Below, piece after piece: positions 31,195 through 43,154 of a DNA stretch of 64,000 bases. The position numbers were made by a program, and so were the translations under genes. Each line of letters begins with the position of its first letter. Positions within the stretch are counted from its first letter, which is position 1. The stretch comes from Tubulanus polymorphus (Eukaryota; Animalia; Nemertea): assembly GCF_964204645.1 (NCBI RefSeq), contig NC_134025.1:28872299-28936298 (forward strand), written 5' to 3'. The notes beneath the pieces were generated by a model, which saw only the letters and a program-made list of their open reading frames with translations, was not told where the DNA came from and made no database searches.

Positions 31195-33963
31195 TCAGAT
31201 TTTAGACATCGATATATATGACTTGCTATCAGTAGCTGCAATAATTGGTGAATTATGTATTGAACATTGTGTCAGATTCTGCATGTTCATAGGAGGCAAA
31301 CTATTAATATCGACATTACTGAGAACTGGGTGTTTATTAATTGACGATGTATCGTATTCGCAACCCATCATTTGAGCATTCATATAAGCCTGTTCCTGCT
31401 GTGTAAGTCCAGTCGCCATTCCATTCTCTTCATCCATACCATCGTAATCCGGATCTTGGTTTTCCATGTCTTCGTAATATACGTCTTCGTCGTTTGTCTG
31501 GACAGGATTCTCTTGATAAAATCCCAAACCACCTTCACGTCTGAAATATAAAACAGAGATGATCGTACAACTTTCAGTAATAAAAAAGACACAAATACCT
31601 GGAACAAGAGGACTGAGTTTACCTTAATTTCATGTTCTGTTCAAGCCAGGCGTCCTGTTCATTATAATGATCACCGTGGTTATGATCATGATAATAATGA
31701 GCTGTTTGATCCTGTATTTGTTGCGGATAGCTGTTATAAGGAGGGAATCCTATAAACGAGACAAATATTCAAATTTAACATCAACTCAAACTTGCAGATT
31801 TTCTGACGAATTGTAAGTTTAGTCGAACTGACCAGAATAAACAGCTTGTCTCTCATAATTGCCCGGGTAAAATACGGTTGTATTTTCTCCATTAACGGCG
31901 TATTCTCTGTTGAATTGAGGATAATCATGTAAGAAGTTTCTCATTGATGTATTCGGACTGCATTCTCTTCCATTTTCTGCGTAAGTTACAACTGACAAAT
32001 CAGTGTTGATGCTGCCATTTTTGTTGTCAATCTGACACGCATCGATTGATCCTTTTTTCGATGATTTGTCGCTGTAACGAGGATGGTAAGGACCGTAGCT
32101 TAAATCCACTGGTACTGCAGCTGCGTTCGACGGTGCGGTCAACAGCATCTGTGGTATAGCAGCGGTTTGTATTTGCGGTACATCGACCTCTAAAGTAACC
32201 GGTTTGCAGACCCCGAACTCATCGCTCAATTCTCCAGTCATCAATTCGGTTTTTCTTGCCGGTGATGAAATACTCTGAACGGCAACTTCGACTTCAGACA
32301 TCGGAGGAGGTCTATATTTCGGCGGGCGGCCACGTTTCTTCTTGTGTTTCTTCGGTTCCAGCGTCTTCTTTACGATTAACGGGGAAGATGGAGCACTGAT
32401 CGGTTTCAGGGGATTGCGAAACTGATTCGCCGATAACATACGCGCCGGAGGGCTGAACTGCGGCAGAACGTGTTTCGATTTGGACGACGATTTGGTCGCC
32501 GGATATGAATGATGAGCGCAATAACCGGGTGACATACAATCAGCTGATAGATACCCCATAGGGTACGAACTACACGCATGATGATAATGATGTATATTAG
32601 TCGTCGAAGATGAAGGTGAACAGCAATGGTCGAATGAAGATTTTTGATGATGTTCGCAAGAAGGAGACGATTGAATCAACTTTGATTGACGTAAGACGGA
32701 ATCAACTTCAGCTTTGATGATCGCTTCCATACGAGCTTTCTCTTCGAGTCGTTCTCTTTTCTTCTGTCGAGCGATACCCGGACAGTAGATATAATCTGTA
32801 AAGAAATAGTTTCCCCATCGGGTTCTATAATTCTTGGTTGACTTCAAAGTTCAAATCTGTTAATTTCTAAGACTTAATCCCTATACCTAAGACCAGTAAG
32901 TTAAATTGTATCCACTGGGCCAAGTTTCACTAAAGAGTTTAAGTCAAATTTTTGGTGTAATTGCTATTGGTTACTTCATGTTTTCAATGAGGACAACAAT
33001 TCAAACTTAACCGTTTTAAGCTTTAACTTTTTTGTGAAACTGGGCCCAGCAGGAGAAGGATTATTTTTGGATTTTAATAAGAAACAGAAAAATCTCAAGA
33101 AACTATAATGAATAAGAAGTGAAATTGTTAAAGCAAATTTACTGGGATATTTTCTGCGATGCTCTTGCTCTTGCTGTCTGGCTCTCTCATAAAATGGCGC
33201 CTTCTGACCATTTGTCATAGATTTCCATGTATTTCCCAACCTAAACAAAATTAACATGGAAATTTGTAACTACATTTTGTATTTTACATTAAGTTTCCTT
33301 TTTAGAACAAGATTTTAACATTTTATACCTAACACTGATTTCTTTGTTACTCTCATCTGGACAGACTGCTTTCATTTTTTTTCGATTGTCAGATGCGAAT
33401 ATCATAAAAGCGTTCATCGGCCTTGGAATTTTTTTCTTAGCAGCATTTCGCTCTGTGAACAAATAAGATTTTAGTTGTTTTCAAAATTGACTCAATAAAC
33501 ACAGGCCTATTGAGAAAATATTATAAATATGTTTAATTGAGAAGTTCTTTCTGCTTCTCTACTTTTTTCCTACATTGATTTAATCATATGAAGTCTTGCT
33601 CAGATGGGGAGAGACAGGGCTCCGAGTTAAGAGGGGTATTGAGTGGCCCTCTTGAGTGGCCGGTTCAGAGGAGGGGTAGAGAAACCAGCGCTTTTTCGTC
33701 CATCGACATCTGGCTCCCCTAAGAGTAAGAAATAATTCAATCGGTTTCATGGAGAAGGTTGGCACACACACACGTCGTTTTGAGAAGCCGCGGCGCGGTT
33801 TGATAGAACTGAACAACAAGAGGCGGCCATTATCAAAGACAATAATGGAATGAATTCGACAACAATGCTACTTACTATTGTTTTTGATTGTCGCAGCCAT
33901 GGATGACAGATCGTCCATCATCATATGGCTCATCAAAATATCTTCAACTTCCATTTCCATCAT
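31195..33963 (-). CDS. Divergent Sox/MATA-type HMG-box transcription factor with an AT-hook (6 coding exons)
   Basis: Spliced HMG box KIPRPMNAFMIFASDNRKKMKAVCPDESNKEISVR/LGNTWKSMTNGQKAPFYERARQQEQEHRRKYP/NYIYCP. AT-hook KKRGRPPK and a His/Ser-rich region. Downstream exons join in phase to the stop at 31195. Confidence 0.85.
32915..33049. mobile_element. Short MITE in an HMG-gene intron; a related degenerate copy lies at about 31000-31115
   Basis: TIRs ctgggccaagtttcac ... gtgaaactgggcccag. Confidence 0.65.
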
Positions 33964-34194
33964 TTTTGCTGATTGACCACGCGCCACCATAAGTGAACCG
34001 TAACGACACGCACAACTCAATAGCCGCTCGATGTAGCGTGTGTGTGTGGCGCCGAGCAGCACGTGTGCTCCCCTCGTCTGTGCGCACCGCCGCACGAACC
34101 ATGACTACCTATCACTCAGTGCGCGATAAACAGGTGCGCGCATTTCCTGGCATATCCGAGCAATCCCAGGAAAGAACTTCAGGGGTGTTCCTAT

Positions 34195-34486
34195 TACGGA
34201 TGCCCCTAGGTGACATACGAGAAAGTTTTTTCACAATTTCGACTTATTAAGGCGAATTTCGACATGATAAGTCGAATTTCGACTTAATAAGTCGAATTTC
34301 GACATAATAAGTCGAATTTCGTGTTAATTAAGTCGAATTTCGACTTAATAAGTCGAATTTCGTGTTAATTAAGTCGAATTTCGAGTTAATTAAGTCGAAT
34401 TTCGAGTTTTATTTTCATGTCGAATTTCGACTTATTAAGTCGAAATTCGACTTAATTAACACGAAATTCAGCTAGGGGCTTCCGTA
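34195..34486. mobile_element. TIR-bounded element with an internal 19-21 bp palindromic tandem array
   Basis: Ends tacggatgcccctag ... ctaggggcttccgta. The interior has about ten taagtcgaatttcga-type units, the last ones inverted. Confidence 0.8.
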
Positions 34487-34685
34487 GTTTCCTCAGAGCT
34501 GAATTCTTTTCACGAATCCCTAGGCTGGACAAATCAGAACGTTAGCAGTCCGACGAGAGCACAAAAAATGTTTGTCCATTATAAAAATACGTGAAACAAT
34601 AACAATTGAAATAGAGATGATAAATATTTATTGGCACAACTTTTTATAATAAAAACAGCTGAATGAGACTTGAATAGCACTTCTA

Positions 34686-37175
34686 TCACGATCTCCACAG
34701 TAGACCTCGTATTTTAATCAAGGGAGGATATTTGCTGCAAATATATTAACAAATTCTATTGAGTATGATTAAATTATTCAACAACTGATAATTTTTAAAT
34801 AATCTACCTTTTATGTATATCTTCAGGAAGTTCTTCAATACCGAGATGTTTCTTTACTAAATCAACTAACACCTGTATTTGCTCGTCGGTCGGGTGTTCA
34901 TGCCACTTATTCAGAATAAATGCTCGGATTGCTTCCGGTAAACGACTAAGAATTCTTTGAAATGATTCGTGAGGTCGATTCTGTTCTATGACATTGAGAA
35001 ACCAGTGCGAAAATATCGGCCATCTTGAATCATTCTGTAAAACAGATAGGAACAGTTAAAATTCATTCTTATCGAGAACGTTAAAATTTCCAATTGAGAA
35101 CAGACCAAGCATTCACCGAAGCGAAAAGGCTCTAAATTGATCTGTTCTTCCATCGACGGACCTATTGACTGACTAAAATGACCGATGCAGATGAATTCTA
35201 GGATGGACCATTTCTCCTCATGTGAAAAGTAAAGAAATTATGCTTCAATTGCCAGTCACTCAATCACAGTGTTTCGTCTTGTTGGACCAGTGCATGAACA
35301 CACAGGAATTGTCGGGTAGTTCTTTCCGTGATATGGGCAAAATAAGAAGGGACCGCGATATTGTGAGCACGGCTTGTGTTCTCCAAGTAATATTGTAATT
35401 ACCATTATCTTAGTTATATACACATTATCCCCTGCATCTCCACAGAATGTATTCACAGAAATAGCTACGTCTAATGAGGTCACTTGATGCCACCAAAATG
35501 CAGGAATAAACAACCTACAAAACACGAATACATGTATTTGTTCTCAGAGATGACACAAGATGTTATTATATATCAATCTAATTTAGATTTAATTTATCTG
35601 CGTAACTTGATTTCTTTGCATTTCTTTATTATCGAGAAAACCACTTCACTATATTCATATCTTATAAAACCAAGCAAGAAATTTGAAAATTATCACCAAA
35701 AAATTGTCAAATCAAAAAGCTATTTTATCTGTTTGGCCAAAAAAAATTGATACCTTGTTTCTCCGCTCTGCTGAGCTTAAATGTTGACCCGGCCGGCCGC
35801 CTATCTACCCTATACATTACTTTTTTTAAAATCGTGATCAATTTCACCATAACAGAAATGAACTGTTTATAAATTTTATCATATTTTACAAAAATGACCC
35901 GGAGAAACAAGGTATCATTTTTGTTTAGCCTTACTATTGAATTGTTAAATCTGACAATTCTAGGACAGCGAATTCTGTGTCATACATACATGTCTCCAGG
36001 TCCTATGATGCTGTGATAGCAGGTCGCCTGTGAGAATTTTGGAAACCTTGTCAAATCAGGGTTATCGCAGTCGACTTGCGATTGTATCGTCTTTCCTTTA
36101 GCGCCAAACGGGTTCGGATAAAGATTGTCAAGATCACATCCAAACAAACGCAACTGTTTGTAACCGGAAATCATAATGAGAAAGTTGTCATCAGGGTCAA
36201 TGTGACAATATTCTGAAACAAAATATGAGCAGCGATTGTGGCATGGATATGGTGTTTTAGGCATCGGTACCCTGAAAGAGATTCACTCACGGATTTACAT
36301 ACCATAATGTCCTTTATGAGCAACCCATAAATACGGACCACAGTGAATTTTGCCAACATAGCTCGGTAGAGGCGCCTCAGCCTACATTTGACAAAGAATA
36401 CACTTTAGACTGCAATGAAATATAGAAATTTGTCAACTAAGTTATCGAGACATACCTCAATTTGTGGAAATGCCTGTTTGATATTTTGTACAGCTAAATA
36501 AGAACTTTGCGCTCTGCTGTTGTTTGCCAGGAGATCATTCACATATTCTTGAAATGTACTTTCTCTGATTGTATGTTGTTTACCAACCTAAACAAAGAAG
36601 AAAGTATTAATTTGGATGAGAAAATCACTAACTGAATGGTACCACAGTGTGTTACCGCTGAATATCAGCTGATTTAACGATTCAGCAAGAATTGTAATGT
36701 TAACAAAGAAGAAGACTTGAACCCCCTCGTTACTCAGCACTGCAATATCATGCCTTAACCCACTGCGCTGCTCTACTCTACTGAGGGAGCAAGGCCGCTT
36801 ACCTTATATTCATCACTATTAGTTTTTCCTCTGATCAATACTTTATTTTGTCCAACCTTCTCACACAAGTAATTCAAATTCCATTTGCTTGCAGGCCAAT
36901 CATCTAAAGCACCTTGTATTACAACGGGTTTACCTGAAATTTTCAGCATCAATAAAATACTGGCATTGAACTTGAAGAATTGAATTGATCGAAATGAACC
37001 CTCGACTCGGGCTTAGAGTTGCTGCGCATTTTGTAATCTTGCAAACGTGATGAACAGATAAACAAATAAAATCTGAATAGTGGTTACCTGGCGTTAAATA
37101 ATCTTTAGAAAATTGTTCAGGAGCGATTTTACAAACTTTTGCTATGGAAATATTTTTACAACTGGGCAGCGCCAT
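34686..37175 (-). CDS. JmjC-domain (cupin-8) hydroxylase, JMJD5/TYW5/HSPBAP1-like (multi-exon)
   Basis: GKPVVIQGALDDWPASKWNLNYL, SYLAVQNI, PYLWVAHKGHY/EYCHIDPDDNFL (HxD), GYKQLRLF, GPGDMLFIPAFWWHQV (distal His). Ends KIRGLLWRS*. An upstream in-frame ATG exists at 37235. Confidence 0.88.
35735..35930. mobile_element. MITE family B, copy 2 (inverted, with small internal deletions), in a JmjC intron
   Basis: Reverse complement of 30088-30307. Confidence 0.88.
36714..36782 (-). mobile_element. tRNA-derived SINE-like fragment
   Basis: On the minus strand, an A-box-like gcgcagtgggttaaggc is followed by a B-box-like ggttcaagtc. No cloverleaf acceptor stem. Confidence 0.4.
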
Positions 37176-37484
37176 TTTGAATGACGGCGATGATGGGTTC
37201 GAATCCATGAAATTCTCGGGAATTGTTTCTTGCATCCTGAATCTTTACTTCGGTTGACATTGGAAGTGTTTTCCTCATTCGATCTTTTCAATGAAAAGTT
37301 TAAAGAATCTAATCAACTTCTAAAATTGTTGGGAAGTTTCACTGATATCGTTCTGTGAAAACCGAATCCGATACGCGCCGTAGTGTTTTAGTTCAAATAA
37401 TCGACTCTGGTGGCGCTATTGTAGGGTAGGGTCGAGACGGGAACGGGTCGAGAGGAGAACGAGCAAAGCTCATGCAACTTAACG

Positions 37485-38971
37485 ATGGCGGAGGGTGACG
37501 ATCGTGAATATGACGAGTAAGTCGCTTTTATTCCAATATCTAGCAGTTGTCGTGAGCTAATCTCGTCCCCATATTTCTCATGAATTCGGGGAAGTGTGTT
37601 GTCATACTCCTCCAAAGGTTTATTGTGTATTTTGTGTCAAAAACATTAAAAATTGACTGGATAAGTAATCGATAGTTAGTCTGTGTAGCTTCCGCTGAGT
37701 GATCGTTTCTCTTACAGATTTGAAGACGCTATTGACGAAATAGACGATGCTGAACCTTTAGATGAAGTAGAGCAAGCTGAGGTTAGTCAGGAGTAGGGCT
37801 CAAAAGTAGAAATGGTTCTGTCCACCATAAATGACATGTTTACTCCATGGCACAAGCCATGCGAAAGGTTTTTGACCTCCCTCCCCCACGGCCCCAGTGA
37901 TAAAGTGTATCCTCGGCCCTGGCTTTGTAATATGTATAAAAACTCGGGTAAGAAAACCGTTAATTTGTGTCAGGCCCGGTGCATCCATATCTTTGTTACG
38001 TGTTACTGATGTGTGACGTGTACAAATAACAGTGAATGGTACCGTGGCGTAGGCGTAGTAGTAGTATTAGCAGAAACGTAGTCCATAAATGATAACAGCT
38101 TCCACTCATTCCATGTGAAGTCCAGTGTACTCAATTGTATAATGTAGTGCATACAGTTAACCATACAACAAATTAGCTACTTCTCACTTAGAAGATAATT
38201 CATAGAATTCAACAAATGCTGAAAATGAAATGTTTAACCGACTAGTTTGGCTAAATCTGTTCATGTTGATTCTACACACTTATCTTTTTATTCCAGGAAG
38301 AAACTGAACAAGTAGATGTTTTACCAGCGGCTGAACCGGGGGAGGTCGCGCCTGAAAATCGTATCACTACACCTTATATGACAAAATATGAACGAGCTCG
38401 AGTTTTAGGAACGAGAGCTTTACAAATAGCGTAAGTTTTGAGAAGCATCATCAAAGTCCCTTTAAATAATGCCATCGTTCTTAACGCAAATTCACTCAAA
38501 TTCAGAGAAAACACAATTCTTTATAATGTTGAAATTTGTTGCCTCCTCGACTCGGATGGCAGGATTTTCCCCAAGAAATACACAGAGTTTTTCTTTTACA
38601 TTTCATGTTCTGTGATGTCATTATTTCAGGATGTGTGCTCCGGTGATGGTTGAATTAGAGGGTGAAACCGATCCATTACAGATCGCCATGAAAGAGCTAA
38701 AGTAATTTCATTACTGGATTATCTGATTTATCGAGTGTGCTAAGTCTGAAATGAATCAACTTCTTCTGCATTGGAAAGTTGTGCAAATACGCATGACTGT
38801 GGAAAATTTAGTGTAAACTGCATGACTTGGATTTCATTTCAGTTTTTGTTTTAATTAAGTCATTTTTTCAAACATTTCAGAGCTGGAAAAATTCCAATTC
38901 GAATACGACGTTATTTGCCAGATGGAAGTTACGAAGATTGGGCAATAGATGAACTAATTATAACATACTAG
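37485..38971 (+). CDS. POLR2F: RNA polymerase I/II/III shared subunit RPABC2 (RPB6), 5 exons
   Basis: Acidic N-terminus, then [74 protein letters not shown]. Confidence 0.97.
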
Positions 38972-39139
38972 GAATGTTGTCATCTATTAACGGTCTTATG
39001 GCATTTATATATGTAAATATACCGCTACAATCCTTATGTAAATAAACTGATTTTATACAACCAAACGTTAGTATTTTGTACATTACGGTTTGTTTTATTA
39101 AGGCTTATTCAAAAGTTTGCACTTTTCAGCGCTAGTGTA

Positions 39140-39300
39140 GAAACAGTACCATTCCACCCATGATAGACACATCTTCACCCGTCAAGGGATTCGAACCCAC
39201 TACGCATAAGGTGTTCCCCTCGATGCTGGAAGCGAGTTCGGGGAGCGATACCGGACCCCAGGCAAGCGAGGATGTTATAGACATCGGCCAGTTCGTCGTC
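39140..39300 (-). mobile_element. tRNA-related Pol III element (SINE head or small ncRNA)
   Basis: On the minus strand, gacgaactggccgatg (A-box-like) is followed about 80 nt later by a perfect B-box GGGTTCGAATCCC (39198-39186). Confidence 0.5.
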
Positions 39301-40639
39301 ATGATTTCATTCTTACATTTTTAACCAAAATGAAAAAAATATATATATATTGAAATTGAGAATAATTTCATTAACTAACGTATTAGCATTGATGGAATTC
39401 GTGAGTGAAAAAATTCGCCCGCAACAGTAATAAAATAACAAGGTCAGATCTCAACCGTCTAGTGCTGCCCCTATGTACAACAATAGCGGAGAAAACGTGA
39501 ACTAACATAATACTCGCTTGCCAGAGTCTTTGAACAGCCGTAATGGACAAACTATTTACCGATTGGCGGGCCGGATTCCGAACGAAACTGTAAGTGTACA
39601 ACTAAAACTACTCAACCGGCAGGTTCCAAATATCAAACAACATTGAACACATACACATACACTGGAACAGCCAAACAAATTGTAACGGTCCGAAGGTTTC
39701 CAACTTGGACATGTAGGGTGCCTCAGAATCATACATTAAGTCTAAGACATTGAATAGCAACTGATTAATACTAAATTTTATTTTCTGAATTGTCATTCCG
39801 AATTAAATAAATACTAGACAAAATAAAAATGAAGCCAGCCTCCAGAATTCATCTGTTGAATTGAATACTAGACCGTGGAGGATTGTTGATCTAGTACATT
39901 GAGGTACATGGTTTTTACCACAAAATAGTGAAAAACTAATTTACAATTTATTTATTTAATCAACATTACACATGTATACGCTTATTCATCTTATAAGAAG
40001 ATACAGGAGCTAGAAATATGGAATGTTTAGAAAGTAAAAATTTAACAAACATGTACAAGGTCTTGCCAAAAATTCAAACCAAATCAGGAACAAGCTTCAA
40101 TGGAACTTCAAACACTTACAAAATTGGTTATTTTGTATGATATGAAATCAGGTGAATTTAAGTTGTCCATATGAAAAAAATCCATTATCCTCATAGATAT
40201 TTGATCAAATGAACTTCCTGAAAAAACACATGTGATTAACTTTAAAAATAGAATATTTCTGAAATTCAATAGCTACCTTCTAAACAATTTTTATACATGA
40301 ATAGACATGTAGATCATACATTTACAATGTGTACATATCTAGCCAAGTAAATCAGATCCTTTAGAAATTACAAAACAATTTTCATTCACTAAATCGAAGT
40401 GGGACAAGGCAGTAAATTCTTTTAAGATTCTTTCTGAAGAACACTTAATTCCTCAAATTTCCTGGTTAACAGTTGAAATTTTTACAATCCAAATGTTACC
40501 AAGTAAGGCAGAGTTTACTGTATTCAATCAATCATCAAATTTATAGAATGCTACACAGGGTTTCTCTGTGTCCTATGGGGTGATTTGTCCCATAGGGATC
40601 ACAAATACAAAATCAGATCATCATCAATGACGCCACATT

Positions 40640-41548
40640 TCAATCACTTAAAGTCTTTAAAGAAACAGGTTTTTCATTTTCAAAATCGCTGTCATCTTCC
40701 GCATCATCAGCGTTCATCTTTAACAATGTATGTCCGTTATTATCCCGGTGAATTAAACTTTCCATATCGTATTCGTCATCTTTATAATTCCCACCGTCAC
40801 CTCTTCTAATAAAACAACTCACAATCGCTCCGATAGTGATCATAGCGATTAAAATAATCAACATGTGCCAACCAAATATTATAGTAGTGATCATCATTTG
40901 CTCGTGGTTTTCACCGTCCCAAGGTTCAGCACCAGGAATCGGATTATACAGAATAAACGCTACCTGATAAAACCAGGTTCCTTGAAGGATTACGAAAAAT
41001 GCGCGCGCAAGTCCAGCAATAACGCTATTCGGGTATCGCATTTCAGCTAGAATTGTAATCACATTAAGAGCAACAATGTAGACCAGTAATGTATGGATTT
41101 GGATATCAAGCCTGCTTCGACCGTGCAGATGGAACTTGAATAGAATTAACTCGATCGCGAAAGCTAGCGCCGATGCCAAATAGTCGGCATTTTTGGGAAC
41201 GAATCTGATTTTGTAGTGAACCAAAATGTCGAGAATTCCACAGATAATGAAACCGCCATACATGGTGATGTGCTGACCATTCCCTATAATTACGAATCGT
41301 CCATGTCTAAAACCGGTCACTACCTCTCCAATAAGTCCAATAGTTGGGAATATTACCTTCATGATCCCTTCCAGTTGACAGGTTTTTAGACGGCCGCAAA
41401 AACAGGAACACGGATACGTTGCTGTATTGTGGAATATTCTGCGACTTTGTTTGCATTTGAAATAACGGATCCAAATTTGAATAGTCCAATGAAGAGCAAA
41501 TCCCAAGAAGAAGCTTCCAGGCAGTACATGTCCCATAAAAGTTCCCAT
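40640..41548 (-). CDS. TMEM45: Transmembrane protein 45 family (DUF716), paralogue 1, single coding exon
   Basis: 302-aa ORF with MGTFMGHVLPGSFF, GNGQHITMY, LFKFHLHGRS.LD..IHTLL and LQGTWFYQVAFILY. Confidence 0.93.
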   Translation of the reverse strand: MGTFMGHVLPGSFFLGFALHWTIQIWIRYFKCKQSRRIFHNTATYPCSCFCGRLKTCQLEGIMKVIFPTIGLIGEVVTGFRHGRFVIIGNGQHITMYGGFIICGILDILVHYKIRFVPKNADYLASALAFAIELILFKFHLHGRSRLDIQIHTLLVYIVALNVITILAEMRYPNSVIAGLARAFFVILQGTWFYQVAFILYNPIPGAEPWDGENHEQMMITTIIFGWHMLIILIAMITIGAIVSCFIRRGDGGNYKDDEYDMESLIHRDNNGHTLLKMNADDAEDDSDFENEKPVSLKTLSD

Positions 41549-41902
41549 GATCTTTGTTTGCGCTTGTAGTTATGCTGTTAGAAGTGGCTGAAAGATATCA
41601 AATTAAAACAACTTCAGTTCCCGGTGGTTGACACTTGCTAAGCATGAATTAAAGCAGTTTTTAGTCAGCGGTTTGCAAACAATCATTCCTTCGTGAATTG
41701 ATAATCAAAAAACGATAAACGAGCTGATGACTTTATAAACATGTATATTTTATACTATACAATAATACAGCTTTGATATTCTATATAAAGCGAGTTATAC
41801 ATTTACAAGTGAATCAAATGAGAAAAACTTGGCGTCATTGAATATACACATATTCCTCAGCCTTACACGACGCACCCACGTTCATACCTCCATGTGTTCT
41901 AA

Positions 41903-42260
41903 AGCCTCGTGCACATCGACACTGCGATTGGAGACAACTAGTTGCAAGGCAGTTTTCGGCGCATGAGAGGAACTGGCTGGATACGATCAGTTGCTTGAAT
42001 GTGTCGATGTGAGCGAGCTTACGATTGGTAAGCGTCGATCTATCTCCAGTTACAGCCAGTTGCCCATGTTCTACTTTTGAGCAACTGGTTGTACTCAATC
42101 GCAGTCATATCCGTCGATGTGCGCGCTCTGGATCTCGACGATCGACACGCGCCATGCAGTTGCTGCAACTGACCGGTTGTAACTAGATTTCGATGTGCGC
42201 GGGGTAATCGTTCGGTAGCAACTAGTTGTCTCCAATCGCAGTGTCGATGTGCGCTAGGCT
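41903..42260. mobile_element. PIF/Harbinger-type MITE between the TMEM45 copies
   Basis: About 44-bp TIRs agcctcgtgcacatcgacactgcgattggagacaactagttgc ... gcaactagttgtctccaatcgcagtgtcgatgtgcgctaggct, with a TAA target duplication on both sides. Confidence 0.88.
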
Positions 42261-43154
42261 TAACCACTCTTACCCCACATGCACACTCCGGTAACATCGA
42301 TCAATCAAACATTGCTTACAAGCATTATATGTACACATGTAATTCTAAATCCAAACCATAACTTATCATAACAAATTTACAATAGTAGAATATATCAATC
42401 GTCAAAGCACTGAGGCTAATAGGACAATAATAAATATAGCAGCATCTTCATCAACATTAAATGTTAGCAAATGAGAATTAAAAAAAAACAAACAATCTAA
42501 TCATTATTATTAGCGAAGTTTGATATGCAGTCAACATCAACCTTTAACAATGATAAAACATATATATTACATGTATATTTCAGAATTGATACCATTATCC
42601 TTAAAAATAAAAAAGAATAAACTCAATTGTTATCTCAGGATAAAATTTTTCATGTGAATGCCGTTAGTGATGGGCACAACATGCACGCGTCCTCTTAATT
42701 TCATTGATGTTTTATCTATTACTGACTCAATTGGAATGTTACGAATCAATGATATCTCTGAATAATCAATAAACGTGATTTAAAGCTACACAGCTACAAA
42801 ATAATAAAAATCTCATAATAATATGAGTAAGAATTAATAAATTACTGGTATACATAAGTATATATCTGATGAATGAATCAGGTATAGTTATGATCTGATA
42901 CAAGTAACTTAAGATGAAATACAGTAAATCTTAGTTATAGAGTTCAGGTTTAACCAAAAGTCCATAGAAGTGTCGAATATATTAACCTCATTTTCTAATA
43001 AGTAAAAATTAGGGTTATCTAATAACCATCGCTATGAATGTGTAGTTCTTAATTATGATCCCAAAATCCCAAAACCTTAAAAAAGCTGTTTTTACTCGTC
43101 AGAAAATGAGTTTTATATCGTTATCACTTCTATAAAATTCAGTAACCTTTAATT

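Noticed and set aside
34250-34470. CRISPR-like array of palindromic repeats
   Set aside because: The units are contiguous without unique spacers, there are no cas genes, the context is eukaryotic, and the array is bounded by TIRs.
31195-38971. Sox-like gene near POLR2F, recalling the vertebrate SOX10-POLR2F linkage
   Set aside because: The HMG box lacks SoxE diagnostic residues ([24 protein letters not shown]), so the linkage is probably coincidental.
39186-39300. Functional tRNA gene
   Set aside because: No complementary acceptor stem or recognisable anticodon arm; kept only as a tRNA-related element.
41835-42297. Two Cys-rich minus-strand ORFs
   Set aside because: They lie over the GC-rich palindromic MITE and show no domain similarity or splice support.
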